The notes: generated from the letters alone by a model not told the origin. DNA of 64,000 nucleotides from Minisyncoccota bacterium (GCA_041661305.1 JBAZUR010000001.1:99833-163832), one strand, 5' to 3'; numbered from the stretch's first letter, positions 37,063 to 46,683 are shown. Translations and numbers: made by a program.

Positions 37063-38307
37063 ATGAAAGATAAGGTAATAGATGTTGTTGTAATCGGTGG
37101 AGGTCCGGCCGGTATGATGGCGGCTGGGAGAGCTGCTGAACTTGGGCGTTCCGTTTTGTTGCTTGAGAAAAATACTACTCTTGGTAAAAAACTTTTGATT
37201 ACTGGTGGTGGACGCTGTAACGTTACCAATAATAAAAAAGATGTTCGCACGATGCTCTCAAAATATAAAGGTAGTGATAAATTCCTCTTTTCTCCCTTCG
37301 CTCAGTTTGGAGTGAAAGAAACTCTCGAATTTTTTAATAAGCGTGGAATGGCAACAAAAGAAGAAAATGAAGGGAGGGTTTTTCCTGTTTCGGACAAAGC
37401 TCAGTCAGTTTGGGATATTTTAGTAAAATATGTGAAAAATGGTGGGGTGGAAATACAATCTGATGTTGAGGTTATTAGTATTTCTTTTGATAAAAAAACA
37501 AAAAATATTTTTATCAAATTAAAAAAAGGAAAAGAAATAATTGCCAAAAGCTGTGTTCTCGCGACGGGTGGAACTTCGCACCCTGAAACTGGCTCTACTG
37601 GGGAAGGGTTTATGTGGCTTAAAAAACTTGGACACAAAATCGTGGAAAATGACGTAGCTCTTGTGCCACTCAAATTAAAAGATTTTTGGACTAAAAAATT
37701 AAGCGGGGTGACTTTATCGGAAATTAAACTTACTGTTTTCCAAAATGGAGAAAAACGTGGCGTTCAAAAAGGAAAATTACTTTTTACACATTTGGGTATT
37801 AGTGGTCCGACTGTCTTAAATATGAGCCGAGAAGTTGGTGAGTATTTGCAATATGGAGAAGTTAGGATTGATTTAGACTTATTTCCTAAGCTTGACCACA
37901 GCGAGCTGAAGAAAAAACTACAAACACTTTTGGTCGCTGAAAGTAATAAAAAATTAAAAAATACTATTGGCAGACTAATTCCAGAAGCTCTTGGTTTGGC
38001 ATTACTGCAAATTTTAGAAATTGACGGAGAGACGGCCAACCACAGCGTAAAAAGTGTAGATCGTACGAAGCTTGTTGCTCTAATGAAAGCAGTCCCTCTT
38101 AATATTAAGGAATTACTTGGCAGAGATAAGGCAGTCGTTTCTTCTGGTGGGGTTGTGCTTACGGAGGTTGATTTTAGGACAATGCAGTCACGATTAATAC
38201 CAAACCTCTATTTAGTTGGTGATGTTTTGAATATTGATAGGCCGTCTGGAGGTTATAGTCTTCAGATTTGTTGGACGACGGGACATGTAGCTGGAAGCAA
38301 TTGCTAA
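37063..38307 (+). CDS. HI0933/BaiN-like FAD-dependent flavoprotein (YhiN family)
   Basis: DVVVIGGGPAGMMAAGRAAELG...GGGRCNVTN. Confidence 0.75.
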   Translation: MKDKVIDVVVIGGGPAGMMAAGRAAELGRSVLLLEKNTTLGKKLLITGGGRCNVTNNKKDVRTMLSKYKGSDKFLFSPFAQFGVKETLEFFNKRGMATKEENEGRVFPVSDKAQSVWDILVKYVKNGGVEIQSDVEVISISFDKKTKNIFIKLKKGKEIIAKSCVLATGGTSHPETGSTGEGFMWLKKLGHKIVENDVALVPLKLKDFWTKKLSGVTLSEIKLTVFQNGEKRGVQKGKLLFTHLGISGPTVLNMSREVGEYLQYGEVRIDLDLFPKLDHSELKKKLQTLLVAESNKKLKNTIGRLIPEALGLALLQILEIDGETANHSVKSVDRTKLVALMKAVPLNIKELLGRDKAVVSSGGVVLTEVDFRTMQSRLIPNLYLVGDVLNIDRPSGGYSLQICWTTGHVAGSNC

Positions 38308-38365
38308 TGATGATTAGCTGGTTGAATAACTGGTTGTTTGTGGGGTAGAATGTAAAAATAAAAAT

Positions 38366-38728
38366 ATGAGCGAAAAACTTTCCGGTGGATTTGAACAAAA
38401 AAGCGATCTTGAAGAGGCGGCATACGACGCCCGATTAAGAAGAGATGTTGTTTTGCCGAAAGAGGGAACTGGAGCTTATGAGTCTTTGGAAAAAACTTGT
38501 AAGGCTTACTCAAGCGCGGTTGCCCAAGAGATGATTGCACATAGCCCAAAATTTTTTGAGACAAGTGGAAAAACAAGAAGAGCTCTGCACGCAGAGCTCT
38601 GTATAAAACTGTATGGGACGTCCTGGCAGGAAACCTCCCGAGACGATACTGATGCTGCTAGACGTTTTGCGCACTATGTTGCAGGGCGCCCGTCATTTGC
38701 CGAGGATGATTTTGGTGGAAGCCACTAG
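38366..38728 (+). CDS. Hypothetical protein (120 aa)
   Basis: ORF with TAAAAATAAAAAT -10-like upstream; no family recognised. Confidence 0.4.
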   Translation: MSEKLSGGFEQKSDLEEAAYDARLRRDVVLPKEGTGAYESLEKTCKAYSSAVAQEMIAHSPKFFETSGKTRRALHAELCIKLYGTSWQETSRDDTDAARRFAHYVAGRPSFAEDDFGGSH

Positions 38729-38967
38729 CACTCCACCTTTTCGCCGACGTACTGGAACTTCTTGCCCTCGACCGTGACAACGGTCTTGAAAGTGCCGTCG
38801 CCCTGATCAGCGTTGAGCTGGCAGGTATCGTAATTGGCTGAGCACAAGAGGAAACGCAGTTCTTCAAGCTCAATCCAGTAGCTTTTCTTGCTACCGCTCT
38901 CGTTGATACGATTGCGGAGCTTTTCAAGCAGTTTTGCCAACTTTTTCTTGTCACCCGTCGTCGCCAT
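38725..38967 (-). CDS. Hypothetical small protein, GC-rich cassette I (80 aa), convergent with preceding gene
   Basis: GAGGAGG SD 7 nt upstream on minus strand; TTGACA (39033-39038, minus) promoter-like element. Confidence 0.4.
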   Translation of the reverse strand: MATTGDKKKLAKLLEKLRNRINESGSKKSYWIELEELRFLLCSANYDTCQLNADQGDGTFKTVVTVEGKKFQYVGEKVEC

Positions 38968-39098
38968 TTTTTGCCTCCTCAAAAAGATCACGATAAATAA
39001 CCTTATGAAGGATATAACACATATCAATGATTGTCAATATGGTTGAAGTTCGCGGGCCTTTAGTGGAAAAGCCTATTTAATTAAGATAAAATTAACAA

Positions 39099-39494
39099 AT
39101 GTCATACATAACTAATATTCTCAAACAAACGGAAGAAAATACCAATTTTAGAAAAGTGCTTTTTACAGGCAATAAAAGCCAGCTTGTGGTGATGGATATT
39201 CCGGTTGGTGGAGAAATCGGAGAAGAAACACATGGACATGTTGAGCAAACTCTATTTTTTATGAGTGGTACTGGGAAGGTAATTTTAAACGGTGAAGAGA
39301 GCTTGGTTGGCGCTGGTGATGTTGTTGTGGTGACTCCGGGAACAAAGCATAATTTTCTAAATACAGGAGCAGAACCTCTAAAAGTCTATACGATTTATGC
39401 TCCAGCAAACCACATAGACGGACGAATTCATGCCACAAAGGCTGATGCTGACGCAGACGACGAAGACGAGGCGTTTGGAGAAGCGATACAATAG
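39099..39494 (+). CDS. Cupin-domain protein
   Basis: GEETHGHVEQ...VVVVTPGTKHNF cupin motifs; acidic tail. Confidence 0.65.
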   Translation: MSYITNILKQTEENTNFRKVLFTGNKSQLVVMDIPVGGEIGEETHGHVEQTLFFMSGTGKVILNGEESLVGAGDVVVVTPGTKHNFLNTGAEPLKVYTIYAPANHIDGRIHATKADADADDEDEAFGEAIQ

Positions 39495-39525
39495 TTATTA
39501 GTAATTATTAGCTTAAATTAATTTT

Positions 39526-39828
39526 ATGACAGGATTTTTAAACTTTATTCGCGAACAGGGGGTTGTCGGACTAGCTGTCGGTTTTATTTTAGGTGGTGCT
39601 GTTTCTAAGGTTGTAGCTGGTTTGGTTACAGATATAATTAATCCAATTCTAAGCGTCGCCTTAGGTGCAGCGGGGGGGCTAAAGGCTGCAAGCCTAGAGA
39701 TTGGCTCAGTTAGTATTCTCTGGGGTGATTTTGTTAGTGTTCTTATTGATTTTATCGTGATAGCTCTTGTTGTTTATTTTGGAGTTAAACTTATTGGTCT
39801 TGATAAAATAGACAAAAAGAAGGAGTAG
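39526..39828 (+). CDS. mscL: Large-conductance mechanosensitive channel
   Basis: FIREQGVVGLAVGFILGGAVSKVV, two TM; 100 aa. Confidence 0.85.
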   Translation: MTGFLNFIREQGVVGLAVGFILGGAVSKVVAGLVTDIINPILSVALGAAGGLKAASLEIGSVSILWGDFVSVLIDFIVIALVVYFGVKLIGLDKIDKKKE

Positions 39829-39886
39829 TAATTTATTTCTCTAATTTACATCAAGTAAGAATGGGTGTTTTTGTTCGTCTCAATCT

Positions 39887-40396
39887 ATGGAAGACCATTT
39901 AAACGATATTGAAAATATGTTTCTTGGAGCGTACAACCTACACGCTGACTCTATTTTTCGTTTTTGTTATTTTAAAACAAGCGATAGAGAAATAGCGAAA
40001 GACATTGCACAAGATGTTTTTATGAAAACTTGGGAATATCTGGCTCAAGGTGGAGAAGTTCAAAATATGAAAGCATATTTATATAAAGTGGCCCATAACG
40101 CGGTAATTGATTTTTGGCGAAAAAGTAAATCAGTTCCCGAAAGCGACCTACCACTAGGTTTTTTTGAAAACATGGAGGCGAAAGAAAATACCGAGTTGCA
40201 AGCAGAATACTCTATCTTCCTTTCTGTTTTACAAAAGCTTTCAAAAGATGACCGTGACTTGATTACGATGAGGTACGTTGAAGACATGAGCCCAAGGGAA
40301 ATTGCGTATATTTTGAACGAGAAGGAAAATACAATATCAGTGAGGATTAACCGTGCGGTAGCTCGTTTGCGGAATATTGCGGGTGGTAAGGAATAA
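39887..40396 (+). CDS. ECF-type RNA polymerase sigma-70 factor
   Basis: Region 2 DIAQDVFMKTWEYL; region 4 SPREIAYILNEKENTISVRINRAVARLR. Confidence 0.8.
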   Translation: MEDHLNDIENMFLGAYNLHADSIFRFCYFKTSDREIAKDIAQDVFMKTWEYLAQGGEVQNMKAYLYKVAHNAVIDFWRKSKSVPESDLPLGFFENMEAKENTELQAEYSIFLSVLQKLSKDDRDLITMRYVEDMSPREIAYILNEKENTISVRINRAVARLRNIAGGKE

Positions 40397-40400
40397 AAAC

Positions 40401-41648
40401 ATGGATACAAATTTTGAAGAAAAATTAAAAAAATTAAAGGAAATTTCTCTCTCAGAAAGCGAAAAGGCTCTTATTCATGAAAGGTTGATATCTTATATTG
40501 ATAGCAACCCTATTAATTTAGTAAAATCAGATGTAAGAAATGGCGCTGAGGAGCGTCTTAATAGCGAGGGTAGTTTGTTAGACGGTTTTTCATTAGTAAC
40601 CAGCTTATTAGTTAATCAATTAAAAAATATGCCAACATTAATTATTGCACTTATATTAGCTCTCTCAGGAGGGACATCGGTTGTAGCAGAGAATGCGTTG
40701 CCAGGTGACGCACTTTATCCAGTTAAAATATCTTTAAATGAACCAGTTGTCGGGTTGTTTTCTGTATCACAAGAGGCGAAAACAGCTTGGCAGGAGAGAC
40801 TCACAGAGCGCAGATTACAAGAAGTAGATAAACTTGTTGCTAAGGGTGATTTTGATCAGGAAAAAAGAAATGATCTTGAATCAAGATTAAATAATCAGAT
40901 TGAGAAATTCGCTTCAAGCGCAAACGAGCTTTCTAAGAAAGAGGGGGCCAGTTCGTCTGAATTAGCAGTTCGTCTTGAAGCTGCATTGATGGCCCACCAA
41001 GATGTTCTTAAGGCGCTTTCTGAAAATAAAAATGTTGCGACAAGCACAAGAGAGCAAATTGCAACAATACTTTCTTCATTGAAAAATAATGAAAATGTCG
41101 TTAAGGATCATCGCGAAAAAATAGATTCTAAACTTGGAAAAGATATTTCTAAGAGTGACGAAGAAAATAATAAGGCTAGCACAACAAAAGAAAGTGCTCT
41201 TGGAAAACAAGGAGCAGCGGAAAATGTTCTTGATTCTGCAAAAAGAGCTTACTTGAGAGTTAAGGCAGAGCTTTCAGTAGAAACTATTATTGAAGTCGAC
41301 AAGTTCTTTGCTGAGGCAAATACCGCCCTTGTGGAAGGTAAGGCCAAAATAGTAACAGGAGAGTTTGCTGATGCTAGAGATAGTTTCCACAAAGTTATTA
41401 AATTAGCAAACGAAGGGAGGGTCACTGCTCTTAAAAATGCCATCAGAAATGATATTGAAGACGATATGGATAAGAGAGGAGATAATGATAAAAAAGGAGA
41501 AAAGAAAGATGATTGGAATAGAGGAAATAACGCATCATCCACAAGTATTAGGGGCGATGAAAGAGGGCGAAGTGATGACGAAAGAGATAGCAGGAATGGC
41601 ACAAGTACTTCTTCTCGTGACGACGACGAAGATGACGACGATAGGTAG
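40401..41648 (+). CDS. DUF5667-like membrane/coiled-coil protein with acidic low-complexity tail; candidate anti-sigma partner
   Basis: Directly downstream of the ECF sigma; TM + ALPGDALYPVK motif; C-terminal RDDDEDDDDR. Confidence 0.5.
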   Translation: MDTNFEEKLKKLKEISLSESEKALIHERLISYIDSNPINLVKSDVRNGAEERLNSEGSLLDGFSLVTSLLVNQLKNMPTLIIALILALSGGTSVVAENALPGDALYPVKISLNEPVVGLFSVSQEAKTAWQERLTERRLQEVDKLVAKGDFDQEKRNDLESRLNNQIEKFASSANELSKKEGASSSELAVRLEAALMAHQDVLKALSENKNVATSTREQIATILSSLKNNENVVKDHREKIDSKLGKDISKSDEENNKASTTKESALGKQGAAENVLDSAKRAYLRVKAELSVETIIEVDKFFAEANTALVEGKAKIVTGEFADARDSFHKVIKLANEGRVTALKNAIRNDIEDDMDKRGDNDKKGEKKDDWNRGNNASSTSIRGDERGRSDDERDSRNGTSTSSRDDDEDDDDR

Positions 41649-41667
41649 TTTTTAAGAATTATCTTCA

Positions 41668-41695
41668 AAATACCCCCAAAGGGGGTATTTTGTTT
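41668..41695 (+). terminator. Intrinsic terminator AATACCCCC-aaa-GGGGGTATT + TTTGTTT
   Basis: Perfect hairpin plus U-run. Confidence 0.75.
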
Positions 41696-41726
41696 GTAGG
41701 ATAATTTTTTATGATAAAATATTTCC

Positions 41727-42128
41727 ATGAAAAATATTTTAATTGGAACTATTACTTTATTAGTGGTTGGTGCGATTGGTTTTTATTTAATAAAAGGATG
41801 GAATAGTGGAGATTACAAACTCGGTCCGGTTGATAATTCATCCGGTCAAAATGTAGAGGTTTCTCCGACAGTGAGTTCAACCAGTGCGGAAAAAGTTTAC
41901 ACCTTAGCTGATGTCATTTTACATAATTCAGAGGCTAGCTGTTGGTCTGTGGTCAACGACAAAGTTTACGATTTAACTGCTTGGATTTCAAAACACCCTG
42001 GTGGAAGCAAGGCGATTCTTTCTATTTGTGGCAAAGATGGCACCTCTGCGTTTATTGGCCAGCACGAAGGAGATAGTAAGCCCGAGGAAAAACTCACCAC
42101 ATTTTATGTGGGGGCTCTTACTCGATAA
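41727..42128 (+). CDS. Membrane-anchored cytochrome b5-like heme-binding domain protein
   Basis: TLADVILHNSEASCWSVVNDKVYDLTAWISKHPGG...GKDGTSAF. Confidence 0.65.
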   Translation: MKNILIGTITLLVVGAIGFYLIKGWNSGDYKLGPVDNSSGQNVEVSPTVSSTSAEKVYTLADVILHNSEASCWSVVNDKVYDLTAWISKHPGGSKAILSICGKDGTSAFIGQHEGDSKPEEKLTTFYVGALTR

Positions 42129-42148
42129 TTATCATTACCATTAATAGC

Positions 42149-42577
42149 ATGTCGCTTCCAGATATTGTTTTTCCGCTACATATTTCATCACTTATATTTT
42201 CGGTAATAGGAATTTTATTGGCTGACCACAAGGCTCTTAGGTGGTTCTTGGGGAAGGAGCCAACACTTAATAGAACGATACTTTTAAAATATCACCACCA
42301 TGTACTTGCTGGTTTGTCCCTGATGATTATAACTGGAGTTACTCTTTTTTGGTCAATGCGAGAATACCTGCTTGCGTCAAATGTTTTTTACTTAAAAATG
42401 TTTTTTGTTTCAATCCTTATTGTTAATAGTTTTTTTATAGGAAGGTTGATGAATGTGGCGGTTGTAAAAACTTACGCTGAGCTTAATTTTAAAGAAAGGT
42501 TGCCACTTATGATTAGTGGCATGGCTTCCACGTTAGGTTGGTTAGGGGCATTTATTTCAGCTTTTTTCTTGGTGTAA
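42149..42577 (+). CDS. Integral membrane protein, hypothetical
   Basis: 4 TM, 142 aa. Confidence 0.45.
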   Translation: MSLPDIVFPLHISSLIFSVIGILLADHKALRWFLGKEPTLNRTILLKYHHHVLAGLSLMIITGVTLFWSMREYLLASNVFYLKMFFVSILIVNSFFIGRLMNVAVVKTYAELNFKERLPLMISGMASTLGWLGAFISAFFLV

Positions 42578-42627
42578 CCAAACATAAACCAAAAGAAATG
42601 ATGTAGATACGGTGTTTTGAGGTGCCC

Positions 42628-42655
42628 TTGACAAAAAGTTAATTATAGGTATCAT
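42628..42655 (+). promoter_or_regulatory. Consensus-like promoter TTGACA-N16-TATCAT for cassette G
   Basis: TTGACAAAAAGT shared with cassette H promoter. Confidence 0.55.
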
Positions 42656-42717
42656 TTGGTATGGAATGTCTCGGGGGTCCCCGAAACAACGTAGTATCAT
42701 TAAAAGAGGAGAAGTCC

Positions 42718-43128
42718 ATGAAAAAGCTTCTGAGTGTTTTGTTTGCCTCGCTTTTCGCCCTCGTTTTCTTCGCGCCGTCGGCCTTCGCTGACCCCGGGAA
42801 GGGGAAGACGATGCTCGCCAACGCCAATGAAAGCAACGAGCCCGGGCAGGTCATCGCCGACGCGATGTGGGTGGCCGGCGGGGAAGACTATCAGGTCGCC
42901 GTCATCATTCTCGCCAAGAAGTACAACTCGAAGATGGACAAGAACTGCCGCGTCAAGAACTTCGACGTCGGGCTGGCGTCCCAGAACTACCGCTTCGTTC
43001 CGTCCGTCAACAAGGCCGTGCGTGACAAGATGATCCTGAAGCAAGTGGCCACGATGGGTTGCGAGATGAGCCCGTACATCCACAAGGAAGCCAAGACCGC
43101 CGCCATCCAGAAGATCTGGCGCATGTAA
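42718..43128 (+). CDS. Secreted hypothetical protein, GC-rich cassette G (136 aa, signal peptide)
   Basis: AGGAGA SD; signal peptide MKKLLSVLFASLFALVFFAPSAFA/DP; GC about 58%. Confidence 0.5.
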   Translation: MKKLLSVLFASLFALVFFAPSAFADPGKGKTMLANANESNEPGQVIADAMWVAGGEDYQVAVIILAKKYNSKMDKNCRVKNFDVGLASQNYRFVPSVNKAVRDKMILKQVATMGCEMSPYIHKEAKTAAIQKIWRM

Positions 43129-43157
43129 CCGACCGGCGTCGCCAGCAAGAAGAAACA

Positions 43158-43197
43158 GGGGGAGCACGAAAGTGTCTCCCCCTATTTTATTTTTTTT
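43158..43197 (+). terminator. Intrinsic terminator GGGGGAG-loop-CTCCCCC + TATTTTATTTTTTTT
   Basis: Strong hairpin plus long U-run. Confidence 0.8.
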
Positions 43198-43247
43198 AAG
43201 GAGCAATATTTGGTCAGGTGGTAGTTAGTATTTATTTTTATGTTACC

Positions 43248-43280
43248 ATTGACAAAAAGTGTAATTTATGAATTAATTAC
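43248..43280 (+). promoter_or_regulatory. Promoter-like element TTGACAAAAAGT... for cassette H
   Basis: Same -35 + A-tract as at 42628. Confidence 0.45.
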
Positions 43281-43340
43281 AATAGATTTGTGTTTTAACA
43301 AACTTGTTTTTTGAGTAAAATGATTTTTTAGGAGGGTGCC

Positions 43341-43943
43341 ATGAAAAAGCTATTTTTCTGTTTTCTTCTCACTTCTTTCTGTTCGGTTGTTTCTGCTGTC
43401 GAGATGAGGCCATTTCTCTTGGAGAATTACGGCTGGACCATCGACCTTGGCAACAAAGAAAAGAGCTTCTTCGGTTTTTCTTGGAACATTAACTGTCCCA
43501 AAAACGGCCAGATTTTTCCCAAGGAAGGAGTTAACGTCTTTCGTTTTCCGGTATGTGTTCAGAAAGATCGAACTTTTTGGACCGTTATTCTCTGGAGGAC
43601 AAACATGGTGGCACCGGAAGCAATCGAGAAGACGGTGTATAACGCCATGTCTGATGGGCTTGGTTACGGAAAGATTCTTTGTCGCGAGGAACTCGTGTCG
43701 TCTTTTATCAACGAGAGAGGGGTTGTGCGCGACTGTGCAGTCCCACTTCAGCACGGAACGTTCTATGTCTCCTTCTATCATTTCGATATTCTGATGCCGG
43801 CCGGTGGTTCGTTTGTCGACCAGAACGGGGAAAAGGAAAAAACTCTCGGCTTCACCATCTGGGTCCAAAATGCCGGAAACATCGACAGTGGCGTGAAGGA
43901 TAAGTTACGGGAGTTGATCTCGGCCATCAAGGGGAAGGAGTGA
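43341..43943 (+). CDS. Secreted hypothetical protein, cassette H (200 aa, signal peptide)
   Basis: AGGAGG SD 7 nt upstream; signal peptide MKKLFFCFLLTSFCSVVSA; GC about 47%. Confidence 0.5.
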   Translation: MKKLFFCFLLTSFCSVVSAVEMRPFLLENYGWTIDLGNKEKSFFGFSWNINCPKNGQIFPKEGVNVFRFPVCVQKDRTFWTVILWRTNMVAPEAIEKTVYNAMSDGLGYGKILCREELVSSFINERGVVRDCAVPLQHGTFYVSFYHFDILMPAGGSFVDQNGEKEKTLGFTIWVQNAGNIDSGVKDKLRELISAIKGKE

Positions 43944-43963
43944 AGATGTTCTGTTGTTTCAAT

Positions 43964-43998
43964 GCCACCACAGGGAAACCTAGGTGGCATTTTGTTTT
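43964..43998 (+). terminator. Intrinsic terminator GCCACC-loop-GGTGGC + ATTTTGTTTTATTT
   Basis: Hairpin plus U-run. Confidence 0.7.
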
Positions 43999-44027
43999 AT
44001 TTATGTTGATGCGATATTGTGTAATAA

Positions 44028-44909
44028 ATGAATTTTAATAAAGTTTTCCAAAGTATTTTTTTGTTTGTTAAAAAAGTTGCAAGACCCCTGTTTGCTTTGT
44101 CCTTTGTTTTATTTATATTTTTTGGTTTTTGGTATGCCACGGTAAGGCCAACCTATAACCACAAGTATATTTCTATGTATCAAATATTACCTGAAGTTAG
44201 TTTTAGTGGTGATATTGTTACGATACATAACATAAGGAATTTTTCATATATAACCGAGGATGATTTTGAAAAAAATTATTACACCGCTACTTTTGATTTA
44301 AATAAGATCAAATCCGTTGATTATATTTTAGTCCCATTCAGCGACAATAAATTAAAGGCTCATACAATGCTTTCTTTTGTTTTTGAGGATGGTACAAGCT
44401 TCACGCTTTCTCCAGAGGGAAGGAGAGAAAAAGGGGAGCAGTACTCACTTTTTAATGCAACAATTAGGCGACTTGAACTTGCATATTTGATAACTAGTGA
44501 AAATGATGCTTTAACCTTGCGGGCCGTTGCGCGAAATAATTCCGTCTATCTTTACCCGCTCGTTTTAACAAGTGAAAGTAGGAAGACGCTTGCTTTAGAT
44601 ATGCTGGGTCGTTCAAAAGAATTATTCTCCAGTCCGACATGGTATAGTCTGTTTAGCGATGCATGTGCGCTCAACGTTGTTCGTCACATACAAAAATCAG
44701 TACAGAGCGATGTGCCATTGTTTAATTTCAAAATTTTTGTTTCTAGTTTTTCGGATTCATATCTTTACGACAATAATCTAATTGCAACGAGTACTAGATT
44801 TGAAAAAATGAAGCAAGACGCACTTATTAGTGAAAAGATTAGACGTTACGCTGACATGGATGATTTTTCAAGAAAAATTCGCGAAGTAGAATCAGAAGGC
44901 GCTAATTAA
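44028..44909 (+). CDS. DUF4105-like (Lnb N-terminal domain) membrane-anchored protein
   Basis: N-terminal TM; IRNFSY...DYILVPF...MLSFVFEDG pattern. Confidence 0.4.
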   Translation: MNFNKVFQSIFLFVKKVARPLFALSFVLFIFFGFWYATVRPTYNHKYISMYQILPEVSFSGDIVTIHNIRNFSYITEDDFEKNYYTATFDLNKIKSVDYILVPFSDNKLKAHTMLSFVFEDGTSFTLSPEGRREKGEQYSLFNATIRRLELAYLITSENDALTLRAVARNNSVYLYPLVLTSESRKTLALDMLGRSKELFSSPTWYSLFSDACALNVVRHIQKSVQSDVPLFNFKIFVSSFSDSYLYDNNLIATSTRFEKMKQDALISEKIRRYADMDDFSRKIREVESEGAN

Positions 44910-44925
44910 TTGTTTTATTTCAAAG

Positions 44926-45588
44926 ATGACATCTTTTTCCCAGAAAATTCTAGAATATTTTGAAAATAATATGAGGCTATGGCTTGATAAAAATTTTTTG
45001 CTATCGGCCATTCTCTCGTTTAGTCTTCTTTATTTGGCAACCATTATTAACTCAATGGCTGGTATCCTTGCGACAGAAAGGGCAAGTAATTATGTTAATG
45101 ATATTGTCCTTAGCAACATTCCTAGAATGGATACGAGCTTCATTCACGGGGAAATCACTGGACTAGTTCGTGACATAACTTTGTTTTTGCTTTTTTTAAC
45201 TCCACGCTACTTGCCGTTTGCGATGAAAACTATGGCTGTATTAACGGTTGTTCGTGCAGGATTTATTAATATGACTAATATTGGTATATACCCTGATTCA
45301 ATTCCGATTAACTCCCTAGCTACTTTTGGCGGGGATTTATTTTTTTCTGGACACGTGGCGACAAGCTACCTGATGTCTCTTGTTTTTTGGGACAGAAAGT
45401 TTTTACGCTACTTTTTCTTATCCACAGCTATAATTTTTGGAATCAGCGCTCTTCTTGGTCACTATCACTATACAATTGATGTTTTTGCAGCTCCGTTTAT
45501 CGCATATGGAGTATTTACTGTGTGCAGTAGGGTTTTTGTAAATGATTTTAATATGCTTAAAACCAGGTTGTTTACAGCGCAAATGTGA
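44926..45588 (+). CDS. PAP2-superfamily membrane protein
   Basis: SGHVATS and LGHYHYTIDV phosphatase motifs 2/3; multi-TM. Confidence 0.5.
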   Translation: MTSFSQKILEYFENNMRLWLDKNFLLSAILSFSLLYLATIINSMAGILATERASNYVNDIVLSNIPRMDTSFIHGEITGLVRDITLFLLFLTPRYLPFAMKTMAVLTVVRAGFINMTNIGIYPDSIPINSLATFGGDLFFSGHVATSYLMSLVFWDRKFLRYFFLSTAIIFGISALLGHYHYTIDVFAAPFIAYGVFTVCSRVFVNDFNMLKTRLFTAQM

Positions 45589-45621
45589 TAATATTATAAG
45601 TATAATATTTTTGTAATTTTT

Positions 45622-46683
45622 ATGGAAAATAAAAAGTCTATAGTAGTAATCATTCTAACTCTTGTTGCGTTGGTCGCCACTGCTGCCGTTGTTTCTTTTT
45701 TGTTTTTCTCTCAACCAGCACTCTTTGATTTTTTTAAAAACGACGTTCCCAAAATAGCCGAAGAGGAAACTCAATCTCAACAACAGGTATTTGGCCACAT
45801 GCTTTTTTCGATGATTCCAGATAACGCATCAATGCCTTTAGGTATTTATTCCTATGATATTTTTACGAGAAAGCTTAGTCGTGTGTTGGTTGACCCTTCT
45901 GCACAGACATCGGATTATAATGCTTATTTTTCACCATCTTTTTCAGACGATGAGAAGATAATGGTGTTTTCGCAAAGTAAAAAAAGTGAGGGTGTTTCCC
46001 AGATATACATGGCATCTCCAGACGGTACTAATTTAAAGCAAATTACTAGAGGGCCAGAAATTTTCAAAAGAGAACCAGTTGTTAGTCCTAACAATAAATT
46101 AATTGCATATATCGTCCAGCGGACTGACGTCAAAGAAGCAGAAGGCGCAGAGCTACCGGAGAGCTGGACGGTTTTTCTGGCAGATTTTGCTGGAAGGGCA
46201 ATTAAAGTATCAAATGGAACTAACCCACTATTTTCCCCAGACGGAGAAAAACTTTTGGTTTTAAAGAACGATGGTGTTCATCTTTTTGATATTAAGGATA
46301 CTGAGGAGATAAAGGAAATAGGCCTTGTTTTAGTGACAGCAGGAGGAAGGGCGTCTCAGACAATGAAACTTTCTTTGTCGCGCGACAGAAATATGCTTGC
46401 CTGGTCTTCTCCTAGTAAGAATAATCTCATGGTCTATAAAATTACTTCGTGGGATACGTTTTCCGTCACTCCTTTTAAGTCTATTCCAATAAAAGCATAT
46501 TGGTCAGTTTTTTCTCCGGATGGAACTCATTTGGGAATACAAGAGATTAGACTGTCCCCTAAAACCGGTAATGAGTATATTGTTATTGTTGCGTATGAGC
46601 TGAAGACATCAACTTTGGTTGATGTTGTAAAGTTGAATAAATATGCAAATGAGTATTTTTGGTTTGGTGGTTGGGTGAAATAA
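45622..46683 (+). CDS. TolB-like PD40 beta-propeller repeat protein, N-terminal TM
   Basis: Repeated F/YSPDG-like PD40 signatures. Confidence 0.5.
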   Translation: MENKKSIVVIILTLVALVATAAVVSFLFFSQPALFDFFKNDVPKIAEEETQSQQQVFGHMLFSMIPDNASMPLGIYSYDIFTRKLSRVLVDPSAQTSDYNAYFSPSFSDDEKIMVFSQSKKSEGVSQIYMASPDGTNLKQITRGPEIFKREPVVSPNNKLIAYIVQRTDVKEAEGAELPESWTVFLADFAGRAIKVSNGTNPLFSPDGEKLLVLKNDGVHLFDIKDTEEIKEIGLVLVTAGGRASQTMKLSLSRDRNMLAWSSPSKNNLMVYKITSWDTFSVTPFKSIPIKAYWSVFSPDGTHLGIQEIRLSPKTGNEYIVIVAYELKTSTLVDVVKLNKYANEYFWFGGWVK

